Source: Lingula anatina (taxonomy: Eukaryota; Animalia; Brachiopoda). Taken from it: 64,000 nt of DNA. Shown one piece after another: positions 1 through 15,826 of the stretch. Position 1 is the stretch's first letter; the number at the start of each line of letters is the position of its first letter. The position numbers were made by a program, and so were the translations under genes. The stretch covers positions 29,702,848 through 29,766,847 of the forward strand of contig CM120643.1 in NCBI GenBank assembly GCA_051362555.1, read 5' to 3'. The notes under the pieces are model-generated. The model was not told the origin of the DNA. It searched no databases and worked only from the letters and a program-made list of their open reading frames with translations.

Positions 1-1709
1 TGTCTTGAGATTATACCAGTACTAATCCTGGCGTCTGCGAAACTGTGTGATTTGAGTGTGCACACAAACACACGGCATTTTTGTTTTCAAGTAAATATGC
101 TTGTTAGTTAGATGTTGTTTGGTCAGCCCTTTAAGTCATCCAATACGTCCCCAAAAAGTCAAGTTCACATTTTTGACATTTTGACATTACGTGTCGCTGA
201 AGGTGGGTTATGAATTTATTCTTAGGAACCGATAAAGGTAGAGAATTCACGTGCAAAATAAGATTGTGATGGAGTTGTTGCACAGAAAGAGAATATTATT
301 GTATTCAGGAGCCAAGCTAGGTGTTTCGTGTCACCTGATATGTCACGTGACATGGCTGGGGGGGGGGGAAGGGGTTGATGTTTTTATATCGTAAATCGTT
401 TTGATTAGTGAAATATATTGAACTGATTAATAAAAGGGAGGAAATATAAAAAAACAATTTTACATTTAATTTTTAATTCGAAGCAAGACGCCTCCGGCGA
501 TATTCAGTGTGCACATGGTCATTTTCACATTGAATGATTTATCATAACTCAAGCATACCATGTGAAAAATATAGGGCGGGAGTAGAAAAGATAATGTCGA
601 ATACTAAGACCACTTAGACTCTTTTAATTACAGTTTGTTATTTCTCATAGAGACACATCACCAGGATAGCAATTTGCAACAAAAATCCGCATACGTTCGC
701 TTAAATATTCCATTATTTCTCGAACTCTTTGGAAACTCACCCTATAACCATCTGCATATATTGCAGTTTCAGGTAAAACCCTGGGTTTGAGAGAAAACTA
801 ACCTCTGTTGTTAGCGTTCAACTTCCGTTCCCAATTGCCTCTGAAAGTCAGGGTTGGCGTGCATTACCCGAGATGATGTTGCGATACTAGAAGCCTCCCG
901 CAGTCATCAAAACAATTTCAATACTCCTGGCTACGATATCCCCTATCCATCATGATCAGAAAAATATGTTACTTGTCTTCCCCTGCAAGGGAATACAATC
1001 CTGGTCGTAGATCCTTTGATCCTCTGCTTTATTGCCTCGTTTCAACCGATGGCCGCTGGAAAGCCGGAGCAATAGTAATTAGTTTAAGCACGCAGTACGC
1101 TGATCGCGCTCGAGAATACAAAATCCCTCGTTCAGTACCGTTCCGTGGTAGTACAAGTCAATTAAATCCCTATATCATGGTCTGCTTCTGCTGGGCAATT
1201 GCTGTCATTGTGGCTTTCTACGGTCATCTCTTTGGCTTGGAGATTGAAAGGGTTCTGAATGCCGCATCGAACTGAGGGAATTGTGCAGTGATCGTTTTTT
1301 TCTTTTTCTTTTCTATTTTCATCAACCGACGGAGAGTCAGTAAGACACGATACAATTAAGCAACAGGCACTTAAAATTACTAGACAGTAGCTTAGAGCTA
1401 CAAAAACCAATTGCTTTGAGCGATAATTCGGTGCTTAGAACAATACGTTTAGTTGGAAGTAATTTCTGCAAAAACGCATTTCAAGCTAAATTAGATTTTT
1501 TACAGATTATTTCCAATGGGAGTTTTCTTCACTCAAATTCAGACCAAAACATGTGATGTAGAATGGATAATAATATGTCGTCCAGGGATAGAAAGTGTTT
1601 TTTTACCATCTGGAAAAAGTCTGTGCCTCTTTCTGGTGTTGGAATTTACCCAGGCAACGATGTGAAATAGTTGAATGCATCATTTTATAGCTACTTGCTG
1701 TTTTTTACG

Positions 1710-1740
<31 letters not shown>

Positions 1741-2710
1741 TACTAAAACATTGGGTTCACTGATGCAGGTCTACGACTACAGATAAAATAACAATGTGTT
1801 CGTTCTCACGGAACATTCCAATTTCGTTTTCTAGTCCAAAAAGTTCAACCAATATAGGGACTATGGGACATCATATTATTCATTAGAGATAGACAATTTA
1901 TGACAGTAACTTTGTTAGATACGCTTTATTACCTATAACTAAGCTAATTACGGCACTCCGTACTTTTATTCTACTTCCCCAGCTAATCTTTGTCCAATTT
2001 GATAAAAGAAACCATGCCTTCATTCATTATCTGACATTATGATAAATTAGCCTGGTATAAAAAAATATTAGTGATTTATCTGTATATATTGTTTTTTTTT
2101 TGCCTTATAGTAACGTCCAATTAGCAAATTACTAATTAGGTACGTAATACATTTTCAAAAAGATACGACCGAGTGCTCCCTGTGGAGTTAAGCGGTAGGG
2201 TGCGAGTGTGTAGCTGAGCGAAGATGTTATGTTGGTGTTGTATTGTTTAATTTTGAAATCTTAGGCCCCTATTGGAAACGATTCTGTCTCCTTTAAATGA
2301 AAAACAATTACATCCTTCATCCAGACTTCTTGAACTTAATCGTTGGTGACATTATCTAAATTAAATAAGGGCCCGAATGTTCTGATCTTTATATATATAT
2401 ATATATATGCAAATATGCACTGTGGTTGCAGAAACGTTCACGCAACTTATGGATACATCAAAACCCATTCCGTTTTTGTTTCAGAAATATATCTTCGATT
2501 TCCAGTCAGCTGGCGCTAATATCAACCGCTTGAGAGGATCATCAGTATGTCGCAGTCGGTTTAGTTGACATTCGAATGCACTCATACTATACTCGCTTAC
2601 AAACGACCAGAAGCAGTTCGACCGGTTATTTCAATAACTCTCAGATAATCAACCAATTATTTCAAGCATGCAATGGGCGGACGTGAGAGTATCCAATGAA
2701 AATTGGCAAA

Positions 2711-2754
<44 letters not shown>

Positions 2755-5700
2755 TGCGTGCATGGGGGGGGCGCAATGATTGAAAAATGAATGAATCTAA
2801 AAAACAACAGGCGAAGACATTAATATTACTTTTATACCTACGTGTAAGGAGTTGTAAAACCGCTTCGTTTTATCTAATTTAGCTCATACTGTTATCATCT
2901 TTTTTTTCTTTTTTTTTTTTTGGGGGGGGGGGATGGGGGGTGACAGCGGGAGGGACGTTTAACTTCCTAAGCTACGAGGGTGGCACGCGTCCGTTGTGTC
3001 CCTCCACATGTCTGTAATCTCCAAGTCGGCATATTAAATCTTCTTTTTACAGGGTAGAGACTGCAGTTAAGACGCATGTGTTGAGCATGCGTTGTTTTCT
3101 TTTTGCTTCCACGACGATATCTAAATATTAACATTGTTTTTGCCTGCACGCAACTGATAACCTCGCCGCACTTGGAAGGATATAGTCACTTCTCCAAGTT
3201 TACTGATCAACTTAGTTAGATGAATAGTGTAGAACTAAGAATACTTCCGATGTCCCTTTCACCTGATATCTACACTTTATTCAATAAATCGGACAAAAGG
3301 TGGGGATCTCCAACACATGCCAATATCCAGGATATCTAGTAACTGCTGGTTCAATGAACTTTGGACAAAGTACTGTTCCTATAAAAAGGCACTCAGTAAA
3401 TATTCTCCTCCTACCCCACTTTATTCATCCATTTATTTTCGACTTATTTATTTATTTATTTTTCTTATCCATTCATATATTCATCTTTAATCCTAATTTT
3501 CTATGCATGTATGTTACACACTCACACTGGCATATATATACAACACCTGTACACCAATCAGTGTACGCAACCAACTTAGACTACAGACTGGTCACCGTAC
3601 GCCACTTATATTAAGATCAAAATCCATGTTTGTGTACTGTACGCCAATCACTGTGCGTTTACGTACACTGTCCCTCGTACGTTTTAACATTAAAATGTTT
3701 CACGTGCGGTACGACCTTTAGGCAGCGTTCACTGTTCACATCGGAGGCGACGCAACGTTCCGTATACCATCATTTATTATTTATTTATTTAGGTCCTATT
3801 CAGGTCATCTATGTATTTATTCACCTTGGAACCCATTCTTCTACGTTATGATATACTATTTACTCGTTAATATTTTTCTAATAGTGGTTCCATACTGTCG
3901 ATGAATTTCTCGATCACCCCAGTACCTGTCACGCCTCAGCAACAGGATATTACAAAATGCTGTCAGATAAAGCCTCTGATCAAATTTTCTTACAGCGTTT
4001 TTGCATGCGTTGTATCCTGAACGAAAGAACATACATTGTGTAATTTTGCATACACTGTCTACCTCAATATACATGTCATAACAACTAGAGATGTGGTTAC
4101 TTATGTCACTGCTAGAGAGGAATAAATACTGTGTTCGTTCTCAAGCAGACTCCAATGTGAAGTTTGCGCCATGCGTACGTGCAACCTTATGAAAACCTGA
4201 GGCACATGCAAACGTACAGGTAGTAAATTTAAGCGTCTTCTTAATCTTTAAACATTCAGCAAACCGAAGCAAGTTTCCAACGAAGGTTCAATTACGCTTG
4301 AACATTGGCTTGCTTTCAATTCATACAATTTATGTTATACTCCAAATGTGATTGTGTTATACCATTTTCTTTCATTCCTTGGCAATGGAGATCATGTAAT
4401 AAGTGCCTGGATCGAGACTGCAGGCACTAGAGTCACACGTACGAGACTAGTGATTTGCCGGGATAAGGACCGTAGGAAGGGAAAATAATAAAACAGTGAC
4501 ACGCAAAATATGGAGAGAGCGTCCTGCTGTGCAAAAGATCGTAAATCTACAGAGCGTAAGAGAAAACTACGGGAACATTACCCGCGGATATATCCTGTCA
4601 GTTTTACTTGGCTGCCGCACCACACTCCCAAGACTGACATTATTTCTGGTCCCATTCCCCCCCTTCCCACAAAATCTCAGTTCATATTCAAATTTTCCCA
4701 TCTCATTATTTCCATATACTGTATAGTGCAAATCATATTCTCCCGAGCACATGTTTATATCCAGTCATCAGCACTGATATTCAGTAATAAATACATATAA
4801 ACCACCCACCTATTTCTTTTGAATGACATCTTTCCTGATGAAAGAAGTGATATTTTCAGATAAATTTCTATTTACAAATTTATTAATTTACTTATTTACG
4901 TGCGATTCTAGCACCAGTGTACAAGCATGTATGCTGCAATAATATTGCAGGAAGTGAAAAGTATTGTAACAGACATAAATCCCCAGGGCACAGGTTGATT
5001 ACTACAGTATATGAATAAATGATGAACTCCTAACTTACCCCTTCAAGCTCCTCGGCAGATGTTCAAATGTCTCCTCCTCGCTAGCTTTTTTGTATATGCA
5101 ACTCCACGGGAAATGTTTTTAAGGTTGTAAATTGAATCAGTGTATAAACCAGACCCCGGACAAGGCAAACGTAGCAAATGCCTATTGACCCACGTTATAT
5201 GTTATTGGTTTGCGAGTAATTGATTATACGGTGGCGAGTACCTAGGCTTGTCATTCCGCTTCGGTCCCGTTCATCAGTAGCGAAGCTAATGTTCTGGTCT
5301 TGGCGTTAGATATCTTCCTGTGCGTTGTATTTTAGAAAATGATAGGAAAACAAAAGTTCCCACACCCGATGTGCAGCCACCCAATGAACGCTGTCTCGAA
5401 ATTGCTGGACACTCATCAGAATGAACGCCGTGCAATGTGGTATTTGATAGATTCAACTCCGAGCATCTGATTGGCTAGAAAGTCCCCTACGTCACCGCTG
5501 GCTAGACGAAAACAACAATGGCGCGGTCTAGAAGTCAAATCACAATGTTGATCTTGTTTTAGTCGTGTTATGGAACCAGATGGAGGAGTTGTTCTGATTG
5601 TTCAGATACGTGTGTCGGTACATTAACAAATCGATTAAAATGTGCACGAGGCGCGGGAAATGGTTGCGTACGTACATTGCACAAAAGTGCAATGTTTGTC

Positions 5701-8700
5701 CTAACAGAGCAATATGATTACACTTGGGCTGAAAACACATTATTTAGTGCGAGAGCATGTACGTGCGTTCACACGCACGACTCGGCGCAGTGTGGAATTG
5801 CTTTGTTCCTACGTCAATGGTCGTATTTTTGACGTCAGTTACGCATTAACAGTAACATTTAAAATCTCTTACAGTATGTAGTATTAAATTATGGGATGAC
5901 ATATTATAGTTTACGAATAGGTGCTGATAATCAATTATAGCACTGCACACATGAACATGCGATAAAGTTTTCGTGTGCAGAAAAGGTGGGGTGAAAGTGA
6001 GGGTGGAAATTGACAAAAATATTACAAAGTCTACAAACACAGAATAACAGTGACGAATTAGATAGCAGTGAAAAAAATACGCGGAGAACAAAGTCGACTA
6101 TGCAGTTTTATCGCACGACACGTGGTTTTTACACATCACCACACTGATTGCAAAAAAAAAAAAAAAAAAGAGAAAATAAACTGCAGCTGACTTTGCAGCT
6201 AACATACAATAATACAGTTATCATGAGCGAACTGTTATGTCTCTTCCAGATAAATATTAGCTCTCCCATGGGCCGGCAACATATGCTGACGTCTAAACAC
6301 AGATCCAGTTAACCGTGCTCGTACATGTAGATAACTGGAACTCACGTCACGTGCTTTTGTCTTCATGTTGATTTGCGACTGCTTGAGGCGTACCCCGCTG
6401 TGACCATCTGCAATCTGTTCGCTAATACAAACAACAGTGTTGCGTGGGATTACGAAGAGTGACGTCAAAACAAATATTATTGTCGGTAGGAAACACAGCG
6501 TCTAGCAGGTTCAGATAAAATCAATAGGTGTCAGGATCGTCAATAAATATAACGTACTTATATATATGTGTCTGCTACTGTAATTAATATATATTTAATG
6601 ACTATGTGAGGTTAATGAGTGCCTAGGCATTTATATCGAACTAGTTTTTCAATGTTGTTTTATATTGTGTCTGTTGTGCAGCCAGTGCATTCACTTCTGT
6701 CGTAAAGGGTTGAAATGACGGCATGAAACAAATTCTTTAAAAGTGAACATATTATGCAAAATGTACATGTTATATAATCTTTATTTCCATTACAAAAGTG
6801 ACTCAAATCTAGAAACAATAAAGTTATAAAAAAATACCAAGGCATGGGTGAGAATTCTGTCAGCGATTTAGAGGAGGTTGGCATTTATCTTGGTAATAAT
6901 GGTAATAAAGGTAAAAGTATTGGTATTTCCAGGACGACCGAGTCACTGCTGCTAACAGGTCCCGGACCATGTGATACAATTGGTAATAATTTACATTACT
7001 TTATACACTTGTTATTTCGCTATATCTTAAGGAATAGAGCTCAGTGCGTGCCTTTAAGTACACATTTCAAATCAGATTCCCATGTACTTGAACAGATGTT
7101 ACCAGAATGATACTTGATAAGGTTTAAAAAACCACAATAAACGGTAGTGTTTTCTATTTTCTTCCTCTATTCGATGGGCGGGCGCACAATATTTAAACCG
7201 TTTGATGTCTTTTTATGTGTAAAAATAGAGATTGTCTTAGATCTAAAATACATTATCCATTTAACTCTCCTGGTACATGAATATGCGGTTATGGTAATTA
7301 CTGACGAGTTTAAAACACATCCTCCATTGGGATATGTTTAATTTCTTTTATGATTTTTCTGACTTATTTTCCTGACTTTACAGAAAATACTCTCCGACGT
7401 GCCCACTGCTTAGATTTTTTACAGATATATCTGATCAAGTATTTTATTTTATTATTTATATTTGAGAGGTTGTTATATTTATGTTGAGATATATTTTTTT
7501 AATTTTTTGTTTTGATTTGGTTATATTTAGGTTTAATTAAATTTTGTTCCCCCTCAGAAAGCTAGAATACATATCTTATATGCAAGTCGTATAAAGCAGG
7601 TGGCCAAAAAGCTTTTTAACCCTGTAACAAAGGCAGCGACGACATTTAACTCCCCCAGATGTCCTTTATGAATAACTATAGTAGGAAATAGCATCACCCT
7701 GAATGACTTGTGCTTTCAACACTCATCAAACACTATTTTTCAATTAAGCTTTACTATGATATGCGTATCAATTCAAAAACACGTTCTTCATATTTAAAAT
7801 GTCGTTCATGTATCTTTCTAAATCGGATTTCCTGCATTATAAACTACATCATCCTTAGCGGCTCTGTTCAGGTCATTCTAGACTCCCGTTTCCATTAAAA
7901 GATATCCCCAGTTATGATGGTGGTGTAACTGAATCATGAAGTGTATTTCCCTTTATCGTTTAACTATTGTCAGCATATTATATACGAACGTCACTTTACC
8001 CAGCTGTGTTATTCATGTTATCCGTTATACGCGTAGCTATTCAATACGTATCTACTTCAAACTAACGGATACTTTAAAGTCTGTTCCATGCCTTTTCTTA
8101 TTTAAATGATGAACAGTATTGTTTTATTCACTGTCAACGTTAGCTTTGCAAAGGGTAAATTTGCAAATGTACAATTCTGTATACATGTGCCACTTTTGTC
8201 CTTGGCAATACAGTTAATACAATTAGTTATACAAATTTATCAAATTTACAGGAAAATAAGTAAACACTCACAGTCTCTAACACAGTACACAATGTCCGCT
8301 ATCAAAATCAATAGTTCAATTAACAAAGCAAACGCACCCCAGTTTTAAGTAAGTCTACGCCCCATTTAGCGCCCATTTCGATCGGAAACCAGAGAGGCGT
8401 CATGGCTATTTCATAAAATTATATTTAGGAAAGGACCAGGTGCTACAACAGACCTGCAGTCGGACTGTGATCTTTTCTTTACGGCGGACAGTTTTGGCCA
8501 GCACTGATGGAGGAAATATACGCAGGAGTTCACATAAAAGTAACTTTCGACCTGAAACAATGGTCATTTCATACTTTTCCCAGAACAGGTCCAGCACTGG
8601 CACTTAATAGGTTTATACCCGCATTATCGTGGTTAACAGACCTAAACTGAAGGTTAAACAGATAAGACCGCGTTTCGACTTCTTTCGTGCAGCCAACTCT

Positions 8701-9667
8701 AGTGCTGTGCCCGGGTGCTGGTGTTGGACGTATTCCATTACTCAACAAATGCCGCGGTAGCGATAATGTATGGACTTCATTCTGTGTTTTAGAATAATGG
8801 CGCAGAGAGTTTCACAAACACACCGAGTTTCAGAGATAACTGGATATGTAATGCTATTATCATAAAGTCCTAAAATTTTTTGGTTGAAAATTATTCCAAA
8901 CTTTAAGACCAACTTTGCTATATACTAGCACTTAGTCCTGACATTAATCAGAAGTATTTAAACTTAATGCAATATATGATGCACCCGTTCTGTAAAAGAG
9001 AGAAAATATTGCAACTATTTTGGACCAAATAAGATTCATCTTTTTAATGGACTGTTGCAATTTTACACTTAAATTAAGTAGGCTTAATTTTGATCTAAAA
9101 TATTGTAAAGCCTTTTTCGGTTTCTAGAGGCAAACTGACAAAAGTTTCCAATAACGACTTACTCTGCGAGTGGCTCCATTGCTCTCTGCCTCATTTGTTT
9201 CTCTGCACGTAGCACCTTTTAGCTTCATAGATTTTAAAATAATACGCACCAGATAAAGGACACAGTGCGAGAGCTTGCACACAATAGCGGCGCGTCACCA
9301 GTTATGCATGAATAAGTTCAGCTCTACAAACCAACAAAACGCGGGTACACAATAATCGATTCACGTATCTATTCATTTATTTGTCCCGAGATAACACAAC
9401 AGCGAGGACAACTTATCGAGCGTAGGTTAACGTTAGCCTTTTCCAATAACGACTATTATGGTATACGTTAACATCACACTGCAATTTTTAAAATAAATGA
9501 CATATTATCTCGTTTTTCTGGAAGGGCTGAAAAAAGGCAACTGCAAGTAACACCAAATTACACAATATCGTGGTAATTCGATAATACAGGAGAAAATGGA
9601 ACGAGAAAAAATATTCATTTTTTTAGAAAAAATATCATTAAGAAGTCATAAATGAATATGAATCTTA

Positions 9668-9914
9668 GACTGGGTTCCCATACTTAGATCGATCCATCTG
9701 GATCAACCTAACTCCCTGGGGTCTCACACTATATTGCTATCAGCTCAAGAGGCTTAAATTTCTGTCACGCCTACCGAATCAGCTAAGGGTAAGGAAAATT
9801 ACCGCCTAACAGTTTTACTAGGCGTGACAGACATTTAAACCGGTCAAGTTGACAGAAATTTAGTGAGACTCCCCAGGGAGATAGATCGATCCAAATATCT
9901 GTGGAAAAGGTCCC
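9668..9914 (+). mobile_element. PIF/Harbinger-like MITE, family A, copy 1
   Basis: Imperfect TIRs (TTCCCA..TTAGATCGATC / GATCGATC..AAATATCTGTGG) with a TTA on both sides. Four further copies occur in the window. Confidence 0.8.
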
Positions 9915-10034
9915 TTAAACAGTTACCCATATTCAGAAATACATGCAAGAAGGCGCAGGAAGAACAGGGTTTTACTATGTTAGTAACATTGTCGAACATG
10001 TGGGACACTAGGCCGTTTGGGTCCTCACCCTACC

Positions 10035-10065
<31 letters not shown>

Positions 10066-10236
10066 ACACACACCCCGATGTATTTGAAATTGGCAAGTTA
10101 AGTATCAACGAGTTCGTCAATGATGTCCACTGTCTGAATAAAATACCAATATTACATACATGTAGGTGCCATGCATGTTTTTTTCATGTTTAAAAGCAAT
10201 TATAATATCCCACTAAGTTTCTTTTGGTTGACAGAG

Positions 10237-13200
10237 TTACACGCTCTGCCCTGCCCGTAAGCTAAAAGTAACAATTGGCTTCGATGCGTTGGGTCGATTG
10301 ACGTAAACATCCAGAGTTTCTTCGTCCAAGTCAATTATTGCTGGAAAAGAAAAACAAAGATGTGTTACCTGGTCGATACCCTAGGTAATTATGCATAGGC
10401 TACAAAATAGTAATGTGCTTTGCGCGTTTCATTTGGAGAAAAAGTAGGAACATTGTTTTTCCGAACATACTATAGATTTGGGAATGTACACCACTGATGT
10501 AAAGACCCTGTTTCCGAAACAAAGGGTGTATCAGAGCATGATATCATTAAAACGCTTATTTTTGAAGCTAACGTTTTAACAAGAAATTTTCTGCAAGTGT
10601 GTAGCAGTCTCCGTGTCTCACCAACTGCCATAGTGGCCAAATAATCCGGTTCTCTTCCGTCACGAAACAAAGGAAAATCATTGTCGGTGACGTCAGACAT
10701 GATGTCACACACCGCTCTGCGGTTTTTCTCCTTTGTTGTGACGTCACGATGGTGTAACAATTCCTCTACTCTCTTCTGACGGCGCTCACTGCTGAGACAT
10801 GGGAAGTTTGGCACTTTTAGGTCTTGGTAGCTGTAAAAATGAATTTCCATCAGTACCAGTAATCTAGCAAACACTACGGGGCAAATGTGCACAGTCATAT
10901 TCATGTACAGGTTCTAGCCCGTTGCTGGCAATTTCAAAAGGAGGGGGGGTCTTTTCTTCTGAAAAAGTGGACCTTTTACCACGAAACCTTCGTGAACCTT
11001 GATAAAATAATACCCAGAAGAGACCTTTTCCTGGTAAAAGGGGTTGTTATTTCGAACTCCATAACCCATAACTAATTCATCTCCATGCTATTATTTTTGT
11101 CTGTTCATCTAATAATCTGTTAAGCTTCAGTTCGTGAGATAAACAAATGCAAAAATCGTTTGTGGAAGTAAATATGACGTCACAATGGGCACTCCGTGGT
11201 AGTTTAGAGAGATTTATCAAGAATATTGCAACACTATACCCCAAATAGCTGACGAGGATTTAGACAATAACGGTAAACAAACAACTATGACGTACACATT
11301 GAAATGAAAATTAAATCCTGAACTAATAGTCTTTTCAGCGATACAGGCTCCATTTTCACTGCTTGCTAACTCGACAGAAAACATGCGGATGGGCTTTTCT
11401 TGCTCTTCAGTGCATGGGGGAAGCCAGGTGATGTTAAAATTGAAGCCTGAACCAATACCTGGAAGTACAGGTATACCCTATTACTCTAATGTCTAGTTTA
11501 CTTCAGTTTTAACTTAGGTCTGATTACCATGAACAGGGCTACTATATAGGAATTTTTGCACCACTCTTGTATTTTGATGGCATCACCTCGAGAAGAGATG
11601 ATTTTACTAAGCTATGTGCTTATTTATAAACTACTCTCTATGAATGATTTCCCTGTACATGGTACCAAGTGTGCAAAATATATGTTAAAATCTTAAGTCT
11701 TGATCTTGTTGATACAAGTCTTATCAGCACTGCAGTATCGCTTTTTTTAATGCACAACAAACGGTTATCGCTCCATATTTAATACTACCTGGGTTTTGGT
11801 TGAAGAGCGCCCAAAGTTCTGTTTCACTTCTCACGCCAAGCAGGGCTCTATTATAAACACGCCGAGCTGAAAAATAAATTACTATGTAAATGTTTACAGT
11901 TATGCCACAAATGTTCTCTTTCGGTTTTCTTTTTTAGTGTAAGTATCATTTATCAATATAATGGCTTTTGAATAGTAGTTAAATCAATTTTACTACAGGG
12001 TAATAGTCTGAACCCCGATCGATGTTTTATCAGTTTTATTATAAATGCAAAAACATGTATTTTGAATACAGTAAAATACGGTAGTCTAATCAAGTCACTC
12101 TAAAATCGTGTGCAAATTTGCTATCTATACACCTTTGAGTTCTAAAATTCTGTTTAAGCGATGGACACTAGCAAATTTCATTCGTAACGGCAAAAAAAAA
12201 AAAAAAAATGATTTAAATGAGGAAATCCACAGCGGTTTTAGAGCCCGTTACTTTCTCAATAATTTTAGATAGTGTAAGGCTTGGTGATGTAGGGAACAAA
12301 GTCGATGTGTTCGGGTTACTGTTATTATGTTGTTGTTGTTGCTGCTGTTATTTTTGATAGTTTGCTATACTTTAGTTTAACGCGTACCGCATGCACCTTA
12401 AGTCTTAGACTGGGTTCCCACTGATTTAGATCGATCCATCTGGATCTACCTTACTCCCTGGGAGTTCACGCTAAATTGCTGTCAGCTTCTGGGAGCCGAG
12501 CGTGCACAAAAGTTAATTACCCCCTTATAGCTTTTAGTAGGCGGGACAGACATTTAAGCCGGTTAAGCTGACAGTAATCTAGTGAGACTCCCCAGGGGGA
12601 TAGATCGATCTAAATATCTGTGGGAATGGTCTCTTATAGAATACTTACGTATGGCATTGTCCGATACCCAGACTTGCGGTACATAATTCGCTGTAAACAC
12701 GAGTCCATGAACGTTGAAACCAAATGCATTTCCTGGCAGGCATCCTGAAACACGAACATCACATTCACCAACTTAAAACATAAAAACATAGCCCTTTTTA
12801 AAAATAACCCTATCAAATCGTTTAAATCTATAAAAAAGCACATTTGTTAGTAAGCCCTGAGTGGTTGAAGAAATTAATGTTCTAATCGCCTTCTGGATAC
12901 AAATGAAATTCATGTACGTTCAGTACTAAAAAAGAATTGGCTAAATAGAGTTTTAAAGGCACGGTATTTTATCATGTCTCTAGCACTGGCGGATCCAGGG
13001 ATTTGTTGGTGGCGGGAGACTGGGAGGGGAAATAGAAAAGAGCCGTAAACAGCGCTTTATTTTGACAGAGAATATTAGTTTAAAGGATTTGCGTCTTGCC
13101 GTCAGAATGGCCTGAACGGAACATATTCTTCAGAAAACATGCCCAACTAACGATATCTTTATCCAAATACACAAATTAAAAGCTCATTTTGTAATTTTTT

Positions 13201-15755
13201 GGCTTTAAAAAACGTCCTATTTGCTCGGCCTGGGAGTTAATGAGCTACGTAGTCACGAGCCACTGGAGAACAGAGCGTGCTTAGCTGTCAAACTGAGCTG
13301 CATTGTCTACCTGTAAGATGACTTCTCTGGCTTCTGATAAAAGTTAATACTCATTCAAATCTCTTACCCGAGGGATCTAAATCCTCATGAAGCTGTGTAA
13401 AACCATTCCCGTCTAGTCAATTCTTTAACGAGCATTTAATTATGGTTATCCCAAGTTGTATAAAACACTGCATTTGAATGAGTAAAGGGTACTGTGGATT
13501 ATTGCATATGAGGGCCATGTTATTTGTGAAATTCAATTAATTTTATTAAACCGCTGACACTCCGTCTTGCATACTTTTCTTAAACTGAGGTAAACAATGC
13601 CCGTTACCTTTACAAGTCCTATCTTAATCATCCATCTAACTGGAACTTCCTTTACCTCTTAATTAGAGGGTTAAATGGCTGGCGATATTTATCTCAGGTA
13701 AAAATCTACCTGTGCTTTAGTTTCAAAGAGCAGCTCCCGCAGACCTGGGGGTACTAGATAAAATCTGAACACCGGGTTTATTGAGCAGCTAGAGAAACAA
13801 AGGAAGAATTTTTCCTGCACAGCTTCATAGGAATTTTAGCACGGACTTGATCCAGCTTAGACCTTCTAATTAACAGGGTGACATGGGCAATTTTCAAATA
13901 CAAAATAAAAAATAATAAAACTATATTTCAGTTAGCCTCCTCTTAAATAAATATACCGTTCTGGAAAAATTAGAACATTTATTAAATCGACAGAAAATAT
14001 TTGACTTAAATGATGATTTTATTATTGATGGAAATTAAGCTACTATATGGGGCACATTTGCTGAGATTACGCTGTTCTTGATGTTTTGCGTTAGTCTGCA
14101 TTTTGCTGTGCGTGCTTGGAATTTTTTAATTTTTTATACTCACGTATGTAAAACTGCACATTTAGTAAACATTCAAGTAATGATTTTCCCCATGCTACTT
14201 ATAGCAAACAATGCTCTTTTACCTTGATCTGCTACATGTTTTTGGGTTTGACAAAGCATACAAATTTGCAAAAAGTTTTGTGTACAGACGCAGAACTTGT
14301 ATTTCAAGGTATAAAATGATAAATCTTTTAAATTATTTTATACTTCAGATGAAATAACCTTCAGAAACAAATCCTCAAAGCATAAACGAATTAGGATTAC
14401 GAACCATTTTAGTACATAAGTTCCTATTTTTTTCTTTAATATACCGCTCTTTTTTTCTGTTTGTTCTTCAACACGTTTTCTTCCACGGAAGTCATGCCTG
14501 GGCATACGCATGCTTCAAGTTACCCTGAGAGCAATTACTTTTATTAATGTTCGCGACGGTGTTTGAACTCAATTGTTTGAATATTGATATTAAACGTCAT
14601 TTACAAATACCAATAAAATCACCCCATGAAATAAATGAGATATTTTGAAAAATATGAAAGCCCACCAAGACGATTTTGATACCTGTTATTACATGGGTTG
14701 GGAAGTGCAGCGGTGCATAATTAACAGGTTTGTTGTAAACGAGCTTTTGGTCAACTACAATATTTTTAAAATGCATCAGCAATCAGTAAGTTTGCCAACT
14801 GATGACAGTTAATCTGAAAGACTACCAGCTCTTGATATGATCTAAACCACCTCAGGTGACCACGATCTAAAGCATCGCAACTATTGTCACCGAAGTTAGT
14901 AAGTAAGTCACGGAAGACCGTCACAGACAAAGAAAGATTGTCAACGAGAGGTGCAATTTTGGTGAATCCCACGGCAACACACCGAGGCATAACGAAAATT
15001 CCTCAACTCCGTTCAACACACCATGCAGCTCAGTTGAGTCTCATAGACCTTTATCGTGATTGTCGTCACAGTACCACGTGACCCAGATCTGTTGCTTCAT
15101 TTATGCATATTGAGGTGAGGTTTACTAAAACGCTTTTTTCTACTAATTAATTGTTTTTTATAATTTTTAAATGGCGGGGATCGATTAAAACATACCTCTA
15201 GTGTATAGATTGAGTGCTGGATCTTCAGAATTCGAGAAATAGATTTTTATGAGTCTATTCTCCTTTAAAGTGAACAAACAAAACCTAACCTGGGTACGCA
15301 AATGCTGTGAAATTTTCAACTTCGTCACCAGATTTCTCAGACACAATGGTGACTTGTAGGATATAACAGAAGTTCTGCATGACCGGGTTTGCGTCTTCTG
15401 AGTGTGCCATTATGTGCGCTTCCTAAAATATTTTACATAGTCAAGTTATATTTATATCAGTATAGGAAGTAAATATATCAAATACTAGTAGTAATATGAA
15501 AATCAATGACAAGTGCTGTCCTTTAAGACCAACAACTATTGAACTTTACTTTCTAAAGTACAGGTATAGTAAAGAGCAAATTGAAACCAAAGCTTTCTCT
15601 TTTGTTCTCTTTTGTAAAAGACATGTTTAATATCTGCGCATTCTCTCTTGTTCACATTGCCATACAACAAGTTGGGGGGGGGGGGGGGGGGGCTTTTGTG
15701 GCGACTCCTATAAAGATGCAAACGAGTGGTATGTTGTTAGTATTCACCATCATGT

Positions 15756-15826
<71 letters not shown>

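Noticed and set aside
640-1670. Block of moderate GC with short ORFs (952-1275 +, 1162-1410 -)
   Set aside because: Stops occur in all frames and I recognised no motif. It may be a decayed gene or TE but cannot be supported.
5030-5100. Possible minus-strand first exon (TATA-like sequence followed by a GGG|GTAAGT donor)
   Set aside because: A single splice signal with no downstream coding exons that I could link to it.
13371-13845. Weak inverted repeat (ATGAAGCTGTG / CACAGCTTCAT) in Tan intron 4
   Set aside because: Too short and diverged to define an element.
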